From positions 19,220,001-19,284,000 of the forward strand of contig NC_043008.1 in NCBI RefSeq assembly GCF_006345805.1: a stretch of 64,000 nt of DNA, in the 5' to 3' direction. A program made the position numbers and the translations under genes. Positions 51,521-64,000 of this stretch are shown here, one piece after another. Origin of the DNA: Octopus sinensis (lineage: Eukaryota). The notes beneath the pieces were generated by a model. The model was given only the letters and a program-made list of their open reading frames with translations. It had not been told where the DNA came from and did not search any database. Numbering within the stretch: the first letter of the stretch is position 1; every line of letters starts with the position of its first letter.

Positions 51521-54500
51521 GGATCTTGGGCCTTATGATGGAATGGCACTTTGTTAGAAGGAGGCCCATCTGAGAAATATCATTATGGAAAATGGAACGA
51601 TGATGCTGACTTTGATTGCTTTAACCCTTTCATTACCAATCAGGCTGAAACCGGCTCTGGCTCTGAGTACAAATGTCTTGTTTTCATAAGTTTTGAATAA
51701 AAATCTTCCACCAAACCTTAGTCACAATTTATGTTCCTAACACTAGCTGAATGACAACTAAGTTATTTTACTAAATTCTTTGTTATATTTAAAGTAATTG
51801 AAAGAAACACAGAGCATCTCAAAATAAATGCAGTAACGAAAGGGTTAAAACAATGTAAGCCTACATAAATTATGGAAAAAAAAAATTTTTTTTTGCTTTT
51901 TTGATTATGACACATGAAAGAATGATTTCCAAACTATTTCACCTAAACTATTTTAATACCAAATTCCATTCTCCATTCTATCTAAATTTTATTTATGCCA
52001 ATGCTGCTCCTTAGGTGGCAGTCATTACAAAGGACATAATCAATTCTTCACAATATCTGGTGGGGTGAGGAAATTTAAATTTCAAATCAAAGACCAAGGA
52101 AGAAGGTGCATAGAGTACACATATCTAATATTATTATTATTATTATTTTTTTGCTTATTTGTTACAAGTTCTTAAAATTTCTAGGCAGTGGGAATCATGT
52201 AAAGCACTATTTCATTCTTTTTTGAAATCATCAGTATGACATAACTTAAGATATATAAATTAAACACTTTATGAAATAAGACACCTCATACAAATGAAAA
52301 ATAATTAGTCTGGAATAAATTCTTCCATTTACTCTAAATTTTATTTACACTATATCTGAATTATTCAAGATGGTATTAATACGAAATTTTATTTACTCTA
52401 AACTATATTTTGAAGCAACAACATCAAGGACTGAACGGGAAGGAACCTGGTAAAGTGTGTGACTGCAGTATGAGACTGCAGTCTGTGGCAAAGAATGATG
52501 GTTGTATCTCCCACCTCAGATCTTCAGCACTGAAGACGAGACCATGCATTCATACTTCTAGAAAACTGTAATAAGTCCAAACCTGCTGGATACCACCCGT
52601 ACTAAAGTGCTCATATCTTCAAAAATGTGCCTCAACAAATTCTGCCTTACCCATGCAAGCATGGAAAAGTAAACATTAATTGGTAATGAAGATGATATAT
52701 ATCGGTGCCATGTGGTGGTTGTTGTATTGGGTCTGCTGCCACACCCAATGCCACCAAATTTTAAGCAAAGGTGTACCAAAAGTTTTCCATTAAGATTTGT
52801 AAGGTTAATATTTATAATGAATTTGCCTTTTTCGATGGGTGTGCAGCACACATCTAGCACACCCTGAATATACACCCCTGAGTGGATTTGGTAGATGGAA
52901 ACTGAAAGAAGCCCATCGTATGTGTGTGTATATGTGTTTGTACCCCCCACCATCGCTTGACAACCGATGTTGGTGTGTTTACGTCCCCGTAACTTAGCAG
53001 TTCGGCAAGAGACCAATAGAATAAGTACTAGGCTTACAAAGAATAAGTCCTGGGGTCGATTTGCTCGACTAAAGGCGGTGCTCCAGCATGGCCGCAATCA
53101 AATGACTGAAACAAGCAAAAGAATAAAAGAATACACACACACACACACAAATATATTTCACACAAACTGAGGAGACATGGCCAACACAGTGAAGGCACAC
53201 ATGTGGCTAGGAGGAAGGTAATTCTGGATAAAATCTGCTAAAGAATAGAAGTGGGGTATTATTTAGTCCTGATAAACCAACCTCTCTTCAGCTGGTGGTG
53301 ATATGACATGCTAAGTCCATGCTATGCTATAAAGTGGTCAGAGATAGAATAAGAGGATAGGCACCCAACCAATAAAACAAAATTATTCATTGCCAAGCAA
53401 GCGGGTCATACATAAGAAAGACTGGTGGCTTTCTTTTTTTGTTGTTGCTGTGTTAAATGTTGATAGGCCCTTACATGTAGTGAAACAGATCTGTAGCACA
53501 CACACATACACATCCAACTCATGCCAGCATGGAAAAAAACAAACATAAAACAATGATAATACAGAAACAAATATGAATAGTGTATGAACACATTCACTTC
53601 ATACCACAGGCCACATCTAAGAATTTTGATGCAATAAAAAGAAGATATATATATATAAGTTTGCTTCTAGGTTCGGTCCTACAGTGTGGTGCCTCAGGCA
53701 AATGCCCTGGCCAGACCAATGGTTTACATGTGGAATGAATAGATGGAAATTAAAAAAGCCGGTTGTGTGTATGTATGTATATATATATATATATTATATA
53801 TATATATACATATTGGTGTAGGAGTGGCTGTGTGGTAAGTAGCTTGCTTACCAACCACATTGTTCCGGGTTCAGTCCAACTGCGTGGCACCTTGGGCAAG
53901 TGTCTTCTTCTATAGCCTCGACCCGACCAAAGCCTTCTGAGAGGATTTGGTAGACGGAAACTAAAAGAAGACCGTCCTATATATATATGAATGTGTGTGT
54001 ATATGTTTGACAACATCGCTTGACAACCGATGCTGGTGTGTTTACGTCCCCATAACTTAGCGGTTCGGTAAAAGAAACCGATAGGATAAGTACTAGGCTT
54101 ACAAAGAATAAGTCCTGGGGTCGATTTGCTCGACTAAAGGCGGTGCTCCAGCATGGCCACAGTCAAATGACTGAAACAAGTTAAAAGAGTAACCAGAAAG
54201 CCCTTTCATTCATTTACTTTTGAAGGGAAGTGTAGAAGCAACTACGCTATGCAGCTTTATTGACATAAGCGTGTTTTTCAGATAAACACTGCCCTTCTGT
54301 TTGGAGGGTCAGGGAGTCCCCAGCTTCATCAATGTCACTAGTGGGGAAAGGGCTTTCAAAGATCATGGGCTATGCTTGTCTCCATTTGATTAACTTATAA
54401 AAAGCATATAACCAAACACATCAGGTGTCAGGTAAGGTAGGCGTGGCTGAGTGGTTAAGAAGTCTACTTTGCAATGGCATGGTCTCCGGTTCAATCCCAC

Positions 54501-55984
54501 AGAGCAGCATTTTGGGAAGACATCACCTACTATAGCCCAGAAAAGTGTTGTGTGTGTGTGTGTGTGTGTGTGTGTACACATGTTTATGTTTATCTTTCAC
54601 TCCATGAGAAACTGGTGTTAGTGTGTACATGTCCCTCTAACTTAGCAGTTCAGCAAAAAGGGACAAATAAGTGCTGGGGTTGATTTGATCAACTAATCCT
54701 CCCGAAGCAGTGCCCTAGCATGACTAAAGTCCAATGATTGAAACGAGTAAATACAAATAAAAAAAAATTTAAAAAATTCTAGTCTATTTCAATAGCAACA
54801 GGTTGATTGATGTGAAATCATTGATAAATAATTACATTAATTTTCTGTTCAGTAACAGCTTGAAAAACCAAACAGATCTGTGTCAACAATGTGTTAACAA
54901 TGTAAACCAGTTGATCCTGGAGATAGTATTCACAAATGAAGCGATGAGTAATTGTCTATGTGGCCATTAAATTTGCTAGGAATAAGTAGATTTCCCTCAA
55001 AGCAAACCCTACTGTAACAGGTGGAACCCCTTTATAGTATTAATATTTTTGACAGTTTTAAACAAAGAGCACTCATTATAAATTCAGTGTATAATATTCT
55101 AACAGAATATATTTAATTAATGATACCTATGTCGTTGTCAGTGCTGCTGGACTGACACCTGTGCAGGTGGCACGTAAAAAACACCATTTTCGAGCATGGC
55201 CGTTGCCAGTACCGCCAGGCTGGCCCTCGTGCCGGTGGCACATAAAAGCACCCACTACACTCTCAGAGTGGTTGGCGTTAGGAAGGGCATCCAGCTGTAG
55301 AAACTCTGCCAGATCAGATTGGAGCCTGGCGCAGCCATCTGGTTCGCCAGTCCTCAGTCAAATCGTCCAACCCATCCTAGCATGGAAAGCGGACGTTAAA
55401 CGATGATGATGATGATGTATATATATATATATATATAAATATAGCTTACTTTTCAGTTAAGGTAAGGTCAACAGAAAAAGTACTCCATCTGGTAAGAAAT
55501 AAATATTGTTTGATGTACAGAGTATATAGTTACGAGCTACTAATAGTTTCACACACTGAAGATATTATCTAGGCAGGTTTTAAAACCTGTCTAACGTCTC
55601 CAAGTAATCTTACGGTTCTGGGTACATGGCCTATACAAGTTACAAATTGGGACAATGGAACAAAAGATGAAGGTGGGTTCATAAAGTGGAATTATGAAAA
55701 AAAAATGGTAAAAGGAAAATAGAAAAAAAAAAGGAGAATTAGAGTTATGTTCCTCTTGATTGTAGGATCGTTAAGCTAGATAGAGTAGAATCGATGAACG
55801 GGGCCTTAAGTCTACAATAGAGCTATTCAATTTGGAGAGAGTGGTGTCCTCCAATTCATAAAAAAAAACTTGTCCATATGTTTACATTAGCTGAAAATTT
55901 CAGATCAGAAAATTTTATACTGTGTAGTGACCATAGGTGGGAGCAGTAATCTAAGCAGCTGAGGACATATGTCCCCTGGAAGAC

Positions 55985-56295
55985 CATCATGATTTCCTAT
56001 TTTCTCAATCTGAAAGTTTGGAGAATCCATCCAGCCAGCTGCCTGCATTTTATTGCCAATTTAGTAATATGCACTTGGAAAGAAGCATCATTACTCATGT
56101 CAATGCCCAGGTTGCACACCGATTTTGATTCAGGGATTGCAATCCCTCCTGGGCCAGTATATCCTGCCTGCATTTCATTCAGCTTTGTGTGCTGGTAGTA
56201 CAGGGCTTGGAATTTTCTAGCATTAAACTGCATATTATTGTCCTCAACCCACCTATATAGAGTCCAACTCCTGTTGCAGGTGTGCAATATTTCCA
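55985..56295 (-). mobile_element. CR1/L2-clade RT C-terminal fragment
   Basis: LYRWVEDNNMQFNARKFQAL...KSVCNLGIDMSNDASFQVHI...AGWILQTF. Confidence 0.8.
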
Positions 56296-56498
56296 GGGCC
56301 CTGTGTATTTGTCGAACCATGCTGGCATGGAAAAAAAAACACAAAAAACCAGCAAACAAATGATATAACATATAAGGTAGATGTGGCCCCAGGAGGGCAG
56401 TAACTTTACATAAATATTGACATGGTCTGTGTGACAACCTGTCTATCCAACACAAGCCAACATGGAAAGCAGGCATAAAATGATGATGTAGATGGTGT

Positions 56499-56540
<42 letters not shown>

Positions 56541-56959
56541 CATCATAGGCACAGGTGTGGTTGTGTGGTCAAGAAGTTTACTTCTCAGCTACATGGTTTT
56601 GGGTTCAGTCCCACTACTACAGACCTGGCTCAATCAAAACCTTATAAGTGGTTTTGGTATATAAAAACTAAAAGAAGCCTGTCGTGCATGTGTGTGCGTG
56701 TGTGATGTGTGCATAGGTGTTAGCTTGTGAATGTTTATGCCTCCTTGTCTTGATACCATGTGACAGTTGTAAATGAAACTCATTCATTTCCAGTATTCTG
56801 CAAAAACATGTCTGGCCATGGGGAAATGTTACCTTACTTGGAAGCAGGTTAAAGTTGGCCACAGGAAGGGCATCTACCCCGATAAACTCCTTCTGACCCA
56901 TGCAAGCATGGGAAAGTAAACATTAAAACAATGATACACCAGGGACATTATTAAAAACA

Positions 56960-56991
<32 letters not shown>

Positions 56992-57101
56992 CATACATAT
57001 AGAAATATGTATACATTCGAGGCTTTCTTCCAAGGAATCTAATGCGCTTTGGGGCTGGCCAGATCGGAGCAATCTCAAGATTAATCAGCCGAAATTGCGA
57101 A

Positions 57102-57229
57102 GATGATCCGGTTCTTGACTGAAGATTGAAGGCTTCGAATGTCCCGTCCGTGTTTTTTGTATCATCTTCTAAATGTTTCACGTTCTTGTCCCAGTTTGTA
57201 TTTTTTTACATTTACAAATATATATATAT

Positions 57230-57261
<32 letters not shown>

Positions 57262-57470
57262 CATATATATACATACATATATATATTACATATATATACA
57301 CACACACATATATATACATATATGTATATATATAGATACACACACATATATAGGATGATCTGATTCTTGACTGAAGATTGAAGGCTTCGAATGTCCCATC
57401 CGTGTTTTTTGTATAGTCTTTTAAATGTTTTGCGTTCTTGTCCCAGTTTGTATTTTTTTTACAAATATAT
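57102..57470 (+). repeat. Two direct ~120-bp copies containing CTGAAGA...CGAATGTC (degenerate pLTR/hammerhead-like), split by a TA microsatellite
   Basis: Copies at 57102-57220 and 57354-57470 are near-identical. Confidence 0.65.
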
Positions 57471-57757
57471 ATACATATATATATATATACGCACACACAC
57501 ATACACACATCCATATATTACAACTACAGAATTGTGCATGTGTACACACTTGTGAATAAGCAATCAATATTTGATTACCTTGTGCTAGTGCAATAAATAA
57601 TATCAAGTACTTGACATTTTAAAATCAGATGCAGCCATCATATGCAGATGAGTGATAACAAATTCAAGAGGATCCCTCTGCAAGCAATTCCCATAGTTAA
57701 GAGCTGAACTCAGCACGGTAAGCTTTACAAAATCAAAATTGAATTAGAAAAATATAA

Positions 57758-58489
57758 GGATCTTTTCACTTTGACCAGCAGATTTTAAAAATAATTTCTA
57801 TGTAACTAAAAAATTTTAAACTTCGTATACTGGTAGAATGTGTTTATAAAACATCTTTTTCTCTTGGCTTTCTTGAGAAAATTCTGTAGTTTGTAACATA
57901 TTTGTTGTTTAATTTCTTGCATTTCGGCAATTTCAACCAATCAATGACGTCTATTGAGGTGAATTCAATTTCTGCCGTAACATTTTATGGCAGTGTCATA
58001 TGAAAATGTCCCTGTTTTTTTATGAGAAAAAAGATACCGTGGCCATAAACTGAGGGGTCACTCGTAAACAGAGCTGGATAACAAAACCATTCCCTCTTTA
58101 GTGTCCACCCATAATTATGACCTTAGTATCAATCTATTGCATTTCAATCTGTTTTTGGGTTAGAGTTAGGGTTAGGGGGAAGGGTATCTTTTTTTCTTCA
58201 GAAATGTAAATAAACCCAATCTGTTTCTTAAACGAATATATAATATGTAACAGGGACATTTTCATATGACACCGGCCATAAAATGTTACGGTATAGACGT
58301 CATTGATTGGTTGAAATTGCCGAACTGCAAGAAATTAAACAACAAATATGTTACAAACTACAGAATTTTCTCAAGAAAGCCAAGAGAAAAAGATGTTTTA
58401 TAAACACATTCTACCAGAATACGAAGTTTAAAATTTTTTAGTTACATAGAAATTATTTTTAAAATCTGCCGGTTAAAGTGAAAAGATCC
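57758..58489. mobile_element. GGATCTTTTC fold-back MITE (~730 bp, ~230-bp inverted arms)
   Basis: TIR ggatcttttcacttt / aaagtgaaaagatcc; 8-bp TSD aaatataa/aaataaaa; internal TTAGGG-like tract. Confidence 0.8.
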
Positions 58490-59272
58490 AAATAAAATGA
58501 TTTTTACTGCTTACAGTAATGATAAGGCACGTTTTTTTATGTAATCTCTGCGCACAGCTTGGGTGGACTATTGAGAGCGAAGTGTGTGTGTGTAATGGTC
58601 ATAGTGAGAGCACGAAGGCAGGAGTGATGAAATGAGTCTATTCATCATCATCATCATCGTTTAACGTCCGTTCTCCATGCTAGCATGGGTTGGACATTTC
58701 GACCGGGGATCTGGGAAGCCAGAAGGCTGCACCAGGCTCCGGTCTTATCTGGCAATGTTTCTACAGCTGAGCTGGATGCCCTTCCTAACGCCAACCACTC
58801 CCTGAGTGTAGTGGGTGCTTTTTACGTGCCACCTGCACTGGTGCCAGGCAAGGCTGGCATTGGCCACGGTCGGATTGGTGCATTTTACGTGCCACCTGCA
58901 CGGAAGCTTTGAATAGGAATCCACATGATAGATACCTCTGATTAAATGATCAAGTAATGGCCTCTACCACGGTCAGTCTAACGCAGCTGGTCAATATTTA
59001 CACATAGACACAAACATATACACAACTATGGAATATAACAACAACGAGAGACAGGAATGGGGGAGAGAAAAGTGGGAGGAGGTGGGGGGCTGGAGAATGA
59101 GAGGAGACGAAGGAAGAAGGATTGAAGTGAATAATTAAAATAACTAATTAATTAATTAATTAATCAATTAGAGAAATAGGAAAATATTGGATAATTTTAT
59201 ATTGTAAAGTGTATTTGCAAAAAAAAAAATCAGAAAAAGAAATCAGGAAAAGATATAAAAGGATTTACGTAC

Positions 59273-59359
59273 GCATGAGCTTTCTGTAATTCTTTCTGCT
59301 TTTGTACACTTCCTTCATTATACTTGAGCACGCGTGCTTCTGGAACCCACTCATCCCAA
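59273..59359 (-). CDS. MORF4L1: MRG15 exon, chromo-barrel C-part (WDEWVPEARVLKYNEGSVQKQKELQKAH)
   Basis: Acceptor ctccgtcttag, donor gtacgt; phase 2/2; WDEWVPE.RVLKY motif. Confidence 0.95.
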
Positions 59360-61137
59360 CTAAGACGGAGAGAGAAAGAAAGAAATTCAGATTTTGAGAA
59401 TCTGACCAAAGAAAAAAGAAAAACGAGGAGGATGATTATATGGTTTTCAATTTCCAGCATGATGTTCGTTCTTTGTTGCAGAGATAGGGCTGAGGGGAGG
59501 GTTATGCCTCACAAGTGTCATGGCCAATGCCAGTGTCGTGTAATTGGCATGTAAAAAGCGCCCTTCGAATATTGGGCCTCACAGAAGCAGTGACTAGTGA
59601 CAGAAACCTTCAGTGATATACCATGCTTGAGAAGACCCATCAAGCCAAACGAGATCAGCCATCGTCGGTGCCGGTGTTTTGTAACTGGCACCTGCACTGG
59701 TGGCACATAAAAACCACCCTTTGACCATTGGATCTCACGGAGGCAATGACTAGTGACGGAGACCTTTGGTAATATACCATTCTTGAGAAGACCTATCAAG
59801 CCAAGTGAGATTGTAGTTATGGCTGATGGGTGCCTTTCATAACTGGCACCCATGCCGGTGGCACGTAAAAATCACCCACTACACTCTTGGTGTGGTTAGC
59901 ATTAGAAAGGGCATCCAGTAGTAGAAACCATGCCAAATCAGACTGAAACCTGATGCAGTTCCCCAGCTTACCAGTTTTCAGTCATACTGTCCAACTCATG
60001 CCAGCATGGAAAACAAACGTTAAATGATGGTGATGATGATGATGATGATTGCTCCAAGAGCTATGTCAGTGAAGTGCAATCTCTTGGCGGGGCCCCCTCC
60101 CACACTGCACAGGTCAAATGATAGAGGAAAGACTAATTATGGACCACCTCTTCCAAAAGGTAAAAATAGGTTTGCATAGAGCCAACATCCTTATATCATC
60201 ATCATCATCATTTTCGTTTAACTTCCGTCTTCCATGCTAGCATGGGTGGAATGGTACCACATGAGCTGGCCAGGCCGAAGCTTGCACCGCACTTCTGTGA
60301 CTGTTTTGGCAGGATTTTTACAGCTGGATGCCCTTCCTAACACCAACCACTCAGCAGAGTGGAGTTAGTGCTTTTTACTAGAATAAAAAAAAAAGCAAAG
60401 CTACAGAAGCATTGATGACAATTCAAAACCAACATGACTTGGAAGAGGAATTCATTTGCAATAACCCAGAGTTGAGAATGATGGAGAAAATTCATCAAGG
60501 GCTGATGCTCCTTACGAAACAAAAGGCTTAAGTACACAATTGGAATTTAACTCTTTAGCATTCGGATTACTCTGTCAAATGTAATAGACCCCCTTTGGTC
60601 ATGAATGACCATGGGATTGTGCCCAGAAACTTACCCTCTGAGGCACAAGTCCAGGCAAGGCTGTTTATGGAAGACCAGCAGTCGCCCATGCCTACCAGTC
60701 TTCCCTCTCCATACAACCAATGTTATCCAAGGGAAAGGGCAAAGGCTGATACAACTTGACACCAGTGACAATGCTACTGATTGCTACAGCCGTGTGAACT
60801 GGAGAAAAGTGAAATAAAGTGTCTTGCTCAAGAACACAACACACAGCCTGGTCCTGGAATCGAACTCACTACCTTATGATGGCGAGCCTGATGCTCTAAC
60901 CACTGAGCCATGTGCCTTCACTGGTACGTGTAAGGCTTATTTATTCACTGTTTTGAATTAATCCTGTATCAGCTTTGAGATTTCAATGATGTGATTGTTC
61001 TGTTTTGGAATGACATTGTAGGGTTGGTGTGAGAAGCTAGATCTGGCCAGTTTAAACATAAAACAGACAGAATATTTTGGCCAGATATGGCCAGTTTAAA
61101 TGCTAAGAGGTTAACCAACCCTTTAGCATTCAGATTA

Positions 61138-61658
61138 CCGTAAATCTTTGAGTATAGTCCGCCCTTGGGTATAATACGCAGGGAATTTTTAGGGGGCTGT
61201 ACCTCTAAAAAACCTAAACCTTGTGTATAATACGCATTCCTTCTCTAACTTGAGTCGTGCATAACTAAGCCAGCAGCACCTAGTCGAACAAACACTTCTG
61301 CACATGTGTAATACAATACTGGTGATGTTCTTAACTGTTATATGGGAATGTAAATATGTTTGCATATTGTTTTTATTACATGTTATTCTGTGTTCTGAAT
61401 ACTTTTATTTTAATAAATGTTGCTTACTGCAAGTTATGGATGATTCTTTTATGACTTCATTGCTTTCAGGCTTAGCTTAAGGTATTTTCATGCCCGACAT
61501 CACAAAATGCGTCTGAATAAACATTGCCGGACAGCAAATAGAGACTTGGACATTGCTTAGAAAATATTTTTCATTTTAACCTTGTATATAGTACACACTA
61601 GGGATTTTGACGTTTAAATTTTGGGGAAAAAATGTGGATTATACTCGAGGATATACGG
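61138..61658 (-). mobile_element. Tc2/Kanga-like MITE, TA TSD
   Basis: Reverse-complement match to 35387-35880. Confidence 0.78.
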
Positions 61659-61836
61659 TACTTTATCAAATGTTCTGTTTGTTTAAAATAAGGAAAGGAT
61701 GATCATGGCTGATACATCATTGGTCTGCTTAGTCAGGTGGGACCTGGGGTTGAACAAGTGTTGAAAAAGCCCATACAATTTGAAGGGCAACCCCTGAATG
61801 AATCAGGGCTCAACATTCCAAGAAGGCGTTACTTAC

Positions 61837-61904
61837 TTTTTATTCCAGCCATTGTAGTGAATGAAATACCGCACTGTTTTATCCTTCACCTCGGACTTCA
61901 CACA
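61837..61904 (-). CDS. MORF4L1: MRG15 exon, chromo-barrel N-part (CVKSEVKDKTVRYFIHYNGWNK)
   Basis: Acceptor ttgtttcag, donor gtaagt; matches MRG15 CVKVAIKDKQVKYFIHYSGWNK. Confidence 0.93.
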
Positions 61905-63332
61905 CTGAAACAACAACAGCAAAAACAAACTCACAGGTATTAATAACAAAAACACTCTGGAAATAGCAATAATCAACTAAAACAAATAATAATAATAATA
62001 ATCACAATCATGCCCTGATACAGTGCTAGGCTGTGGCTCTCGTGGCTTCTTATCTTAACTGACTGGAAGTGTTATCATGTACATTGTTTTGTCTTGGTAT
62101 AAAAGATGGGCTACAGCAAATAGTCTGCTCAATACTACAGATTTGCTTATCAGTTGCTTGACTCTAATTAGTTGAGCATGTCCCTTAGTGGCTGACAATA
62201 TGTGCATCTCTGATCACAAGCAGTAGTGGGGGAGCATCATAGCCATGTGTTGACTGGAATTTTTTGAGGTTTGGATAATTCACCGCTGGAAACATGGGTG
62301 TTTTGTTCAACATCCTTAAACAACCCTTATTCAGGGACCATTTGAGTGGGATGAGCTACTTGCCCTGAAGATGGGCCCCACTTGCAAGGTCATGTGCTGC
62401 TTATCTTGATATGAGATCACTATGTCCCGCACATATGGTTGTGATGCATGTGCCTGGTGTACCCTTATCAGAATGGTAGTCATGATGGGTATACTGGGCT
62501 TCGTATATTTTACCCCAGTGTCACTTTAATGGCATGCGCTGCCTCTCTCACTCAATAATAATAATCCTTTCTACTATAGGTACAAAACTTGGAATTTGGT
62601 GGGAGAGAACTAGTTGATTATATCAACCCCAGTGTTTCACTGGTACTTAATTTATCAACCCTGAAAGGATGACAGGCAAAGTTGATGTTTGACTAATACT
62701 TATTATATCAACCTCAAAAGGATGAAAGTTAAAGTTGACCACGGTGGAGTTTGAACTTAGACCACAAAGACAGATGAAATGCCACTGAATATTTTCTTTG
62801 GCATGCTAATGATTCTGCCAGTTCACTGCCTTTATCATAATAATAATAATCATCCTTTCTACTAAAGGCACAAGGCCTGAAATTTGTTGGGGCGGGGGAC
62901 TAGTCGATTACATTGCCCCTAGTGTTTCAATGGTGCTTAATTTATCGACTCCAAAAGGATGAAAGGCAAGGCTGACCTCAGCAGAATTTGAACTCATAAT
63001 GGAACAACGGGCAAAATACCACTAAGCTTTTCTTCCAGTGTGCTAACAATTCTGCCAGCTCACCGCCTTGATAACAATAATGATAATAAATATTATTTCA
63101 AATTTCTGCCACAAGGGCAGCATGGAGGAGGTGGGGATGTGTCGCTTACATCAACCCTAGTATTTCAAAGGTACTTATTTTATCGATCCCGAAAGGATGA
63201 AAGGCAAAGTCGACCTCGGTAGAATTTGAACTCACAACACAGTGGCAGATGAAATACCCCTCAGCATTTCATCCAACACACTAATGATACTGCCAGCTCG
63301 CCACCTTAATAATAATAACAACATGAATGATA

Positions 63333-63773
63333 TTATTTACATTAAATGGATATTTGTCCTCATCCTGTTTGTTGTGAACACATTTCGACTAATATACCCT
63401 CCAGCCTTCTTCAGATATCTTGGAGAAATTTTGAACCTGGGTTCTCATTCCTAAGGTATTTATTGATGTTATTAATTTTATTATTATTATTATTGTTAGT
63501 GTTCAGGGCACTGCTTGGAATCGAACTTGGAATATTGGGGTTAGTAGCCTGCACTCTTAACCACTACGACATATGCCCAAGTTCAATTCCAAGCAGTGAC
63601 CTGAACACTAACAATAATAATAGTAATAATAATAACTTCGAAGAATACCTTAGGAATGAGAACCCAGGTTTGAAATTTCCCCAAGACACCTGAAGAAGGC
63701 AGGAGGGTATATCAGCCGAAATGTTGTGTTAACAACAAACAAGATGAGGACAAATACCCGTCAAATGTAAATA
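63333..63773. mobile_element. Fold-back pair of a tRNA-headed SINE with hammerhead-like tail (minus copy 63333-63578 with full head; 5'-truncated plus copy 63577-~63790)
   Basis: Head GGGCATATGTCGTAGTGG...AGTTCGATTCC; body ...gacacCTGAAGAaggc..cagccGAAatgtt gtgtt; arms are reverse complements around a 46-nt spacer. Confidence 0.75.
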
Positions 63774-64000
63774 ATGTACGTAATTCCTCATCTCTTAAAT
63801 ATAGAACATGAATGATGATAATGCTGAAAAAGTATATATAAAGACCGTACGACAGGCACCCTTGCCAACCCCCTTTGCTTGTGAAGACATGTTGGGGCAA
63901 GCGAAATCGAAATCGAATTGAACCAGCCAGGATCCCTGGTCTGGTGGTACGTAAAAAGCACTATCCGACTCGTGGCCGATGCCAGCACCGCCTCGACTGG

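Larger units (their letters stand above)
28533..61904 (-). other. MORF4L1: MRG15/MORF4L1 gene span (5'-incomplete; 10 constitutive coding exons plus 1 candidate alternative exon)
   Basis: Manually spliced exons (68+87+80+158+102+83+100+70+85+85=918 nt, all GT-AG, phases compatible) give ...YFIHYNGWNKNWDEWVPEARVLKY...KRKRAKTDPTVESEEAFQTKIEVHVKVPDDLKLWLVDDWDLMTKQKK...YKFERPQ...[26 protein letters not shown]...PEYLRKVG*. This is colinear with human MRG15 as recalled. Confidence 0.96.

Noticed and set aside
28533-61904. Assignment as MSL3 instead of MRG15
   Set aside because: The KRKRAKTDPTVESEE linker, uninterrupted MRG domain and C-terminus match MRG15; the MSL3-type MRG insertion is absent.
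61905-64000. MRG15 first exons (MAPK...FHGPLLYEAK)
   Set aside because: No matching frame was found; they must lie beyond the window end.

Overview
AT-rich eukaryotic genomic DNA saturated with microsatellites, SINEs and non-autonomous DNA transposons. The repeat families look like those of Octopus (coleoid cephalopod); this is inferred from recalled repeat content, not from a database search. One protein-coding gene is supported: a minus-strand MRG15/MORF4L1 ortholog. Ten GT-AG exons from 61904 to the TGA at 28533 splice with compatible phases into 306 codons (chromo-barrel, NLS-like linker, MRG domain); the first coding exon(s) lie beyond 64000. A frame-preserving 30-nt candidate alternative exon sits at 48790-48819. 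No gene is supported in 1-28000. The rest is TE-derived: five tRNA/RTE-tail SINE types, seven non-autonomous Helitrons, GG-ended 8-bp-TSD (Merlin-like) MITEs, piggyBac, Tc2 and hAT MITEs, and CR1/L2, RTE, R4/Dong and Penelope-like remnants. The most unusual signals are several minimal hammerhead-ribozyme-like motifs. Two pairs lie in divergent fold-back palindromes, and one of these belongs to a tRNA-headed SINE that appears to carry a Penelope-type hammerhead tail.
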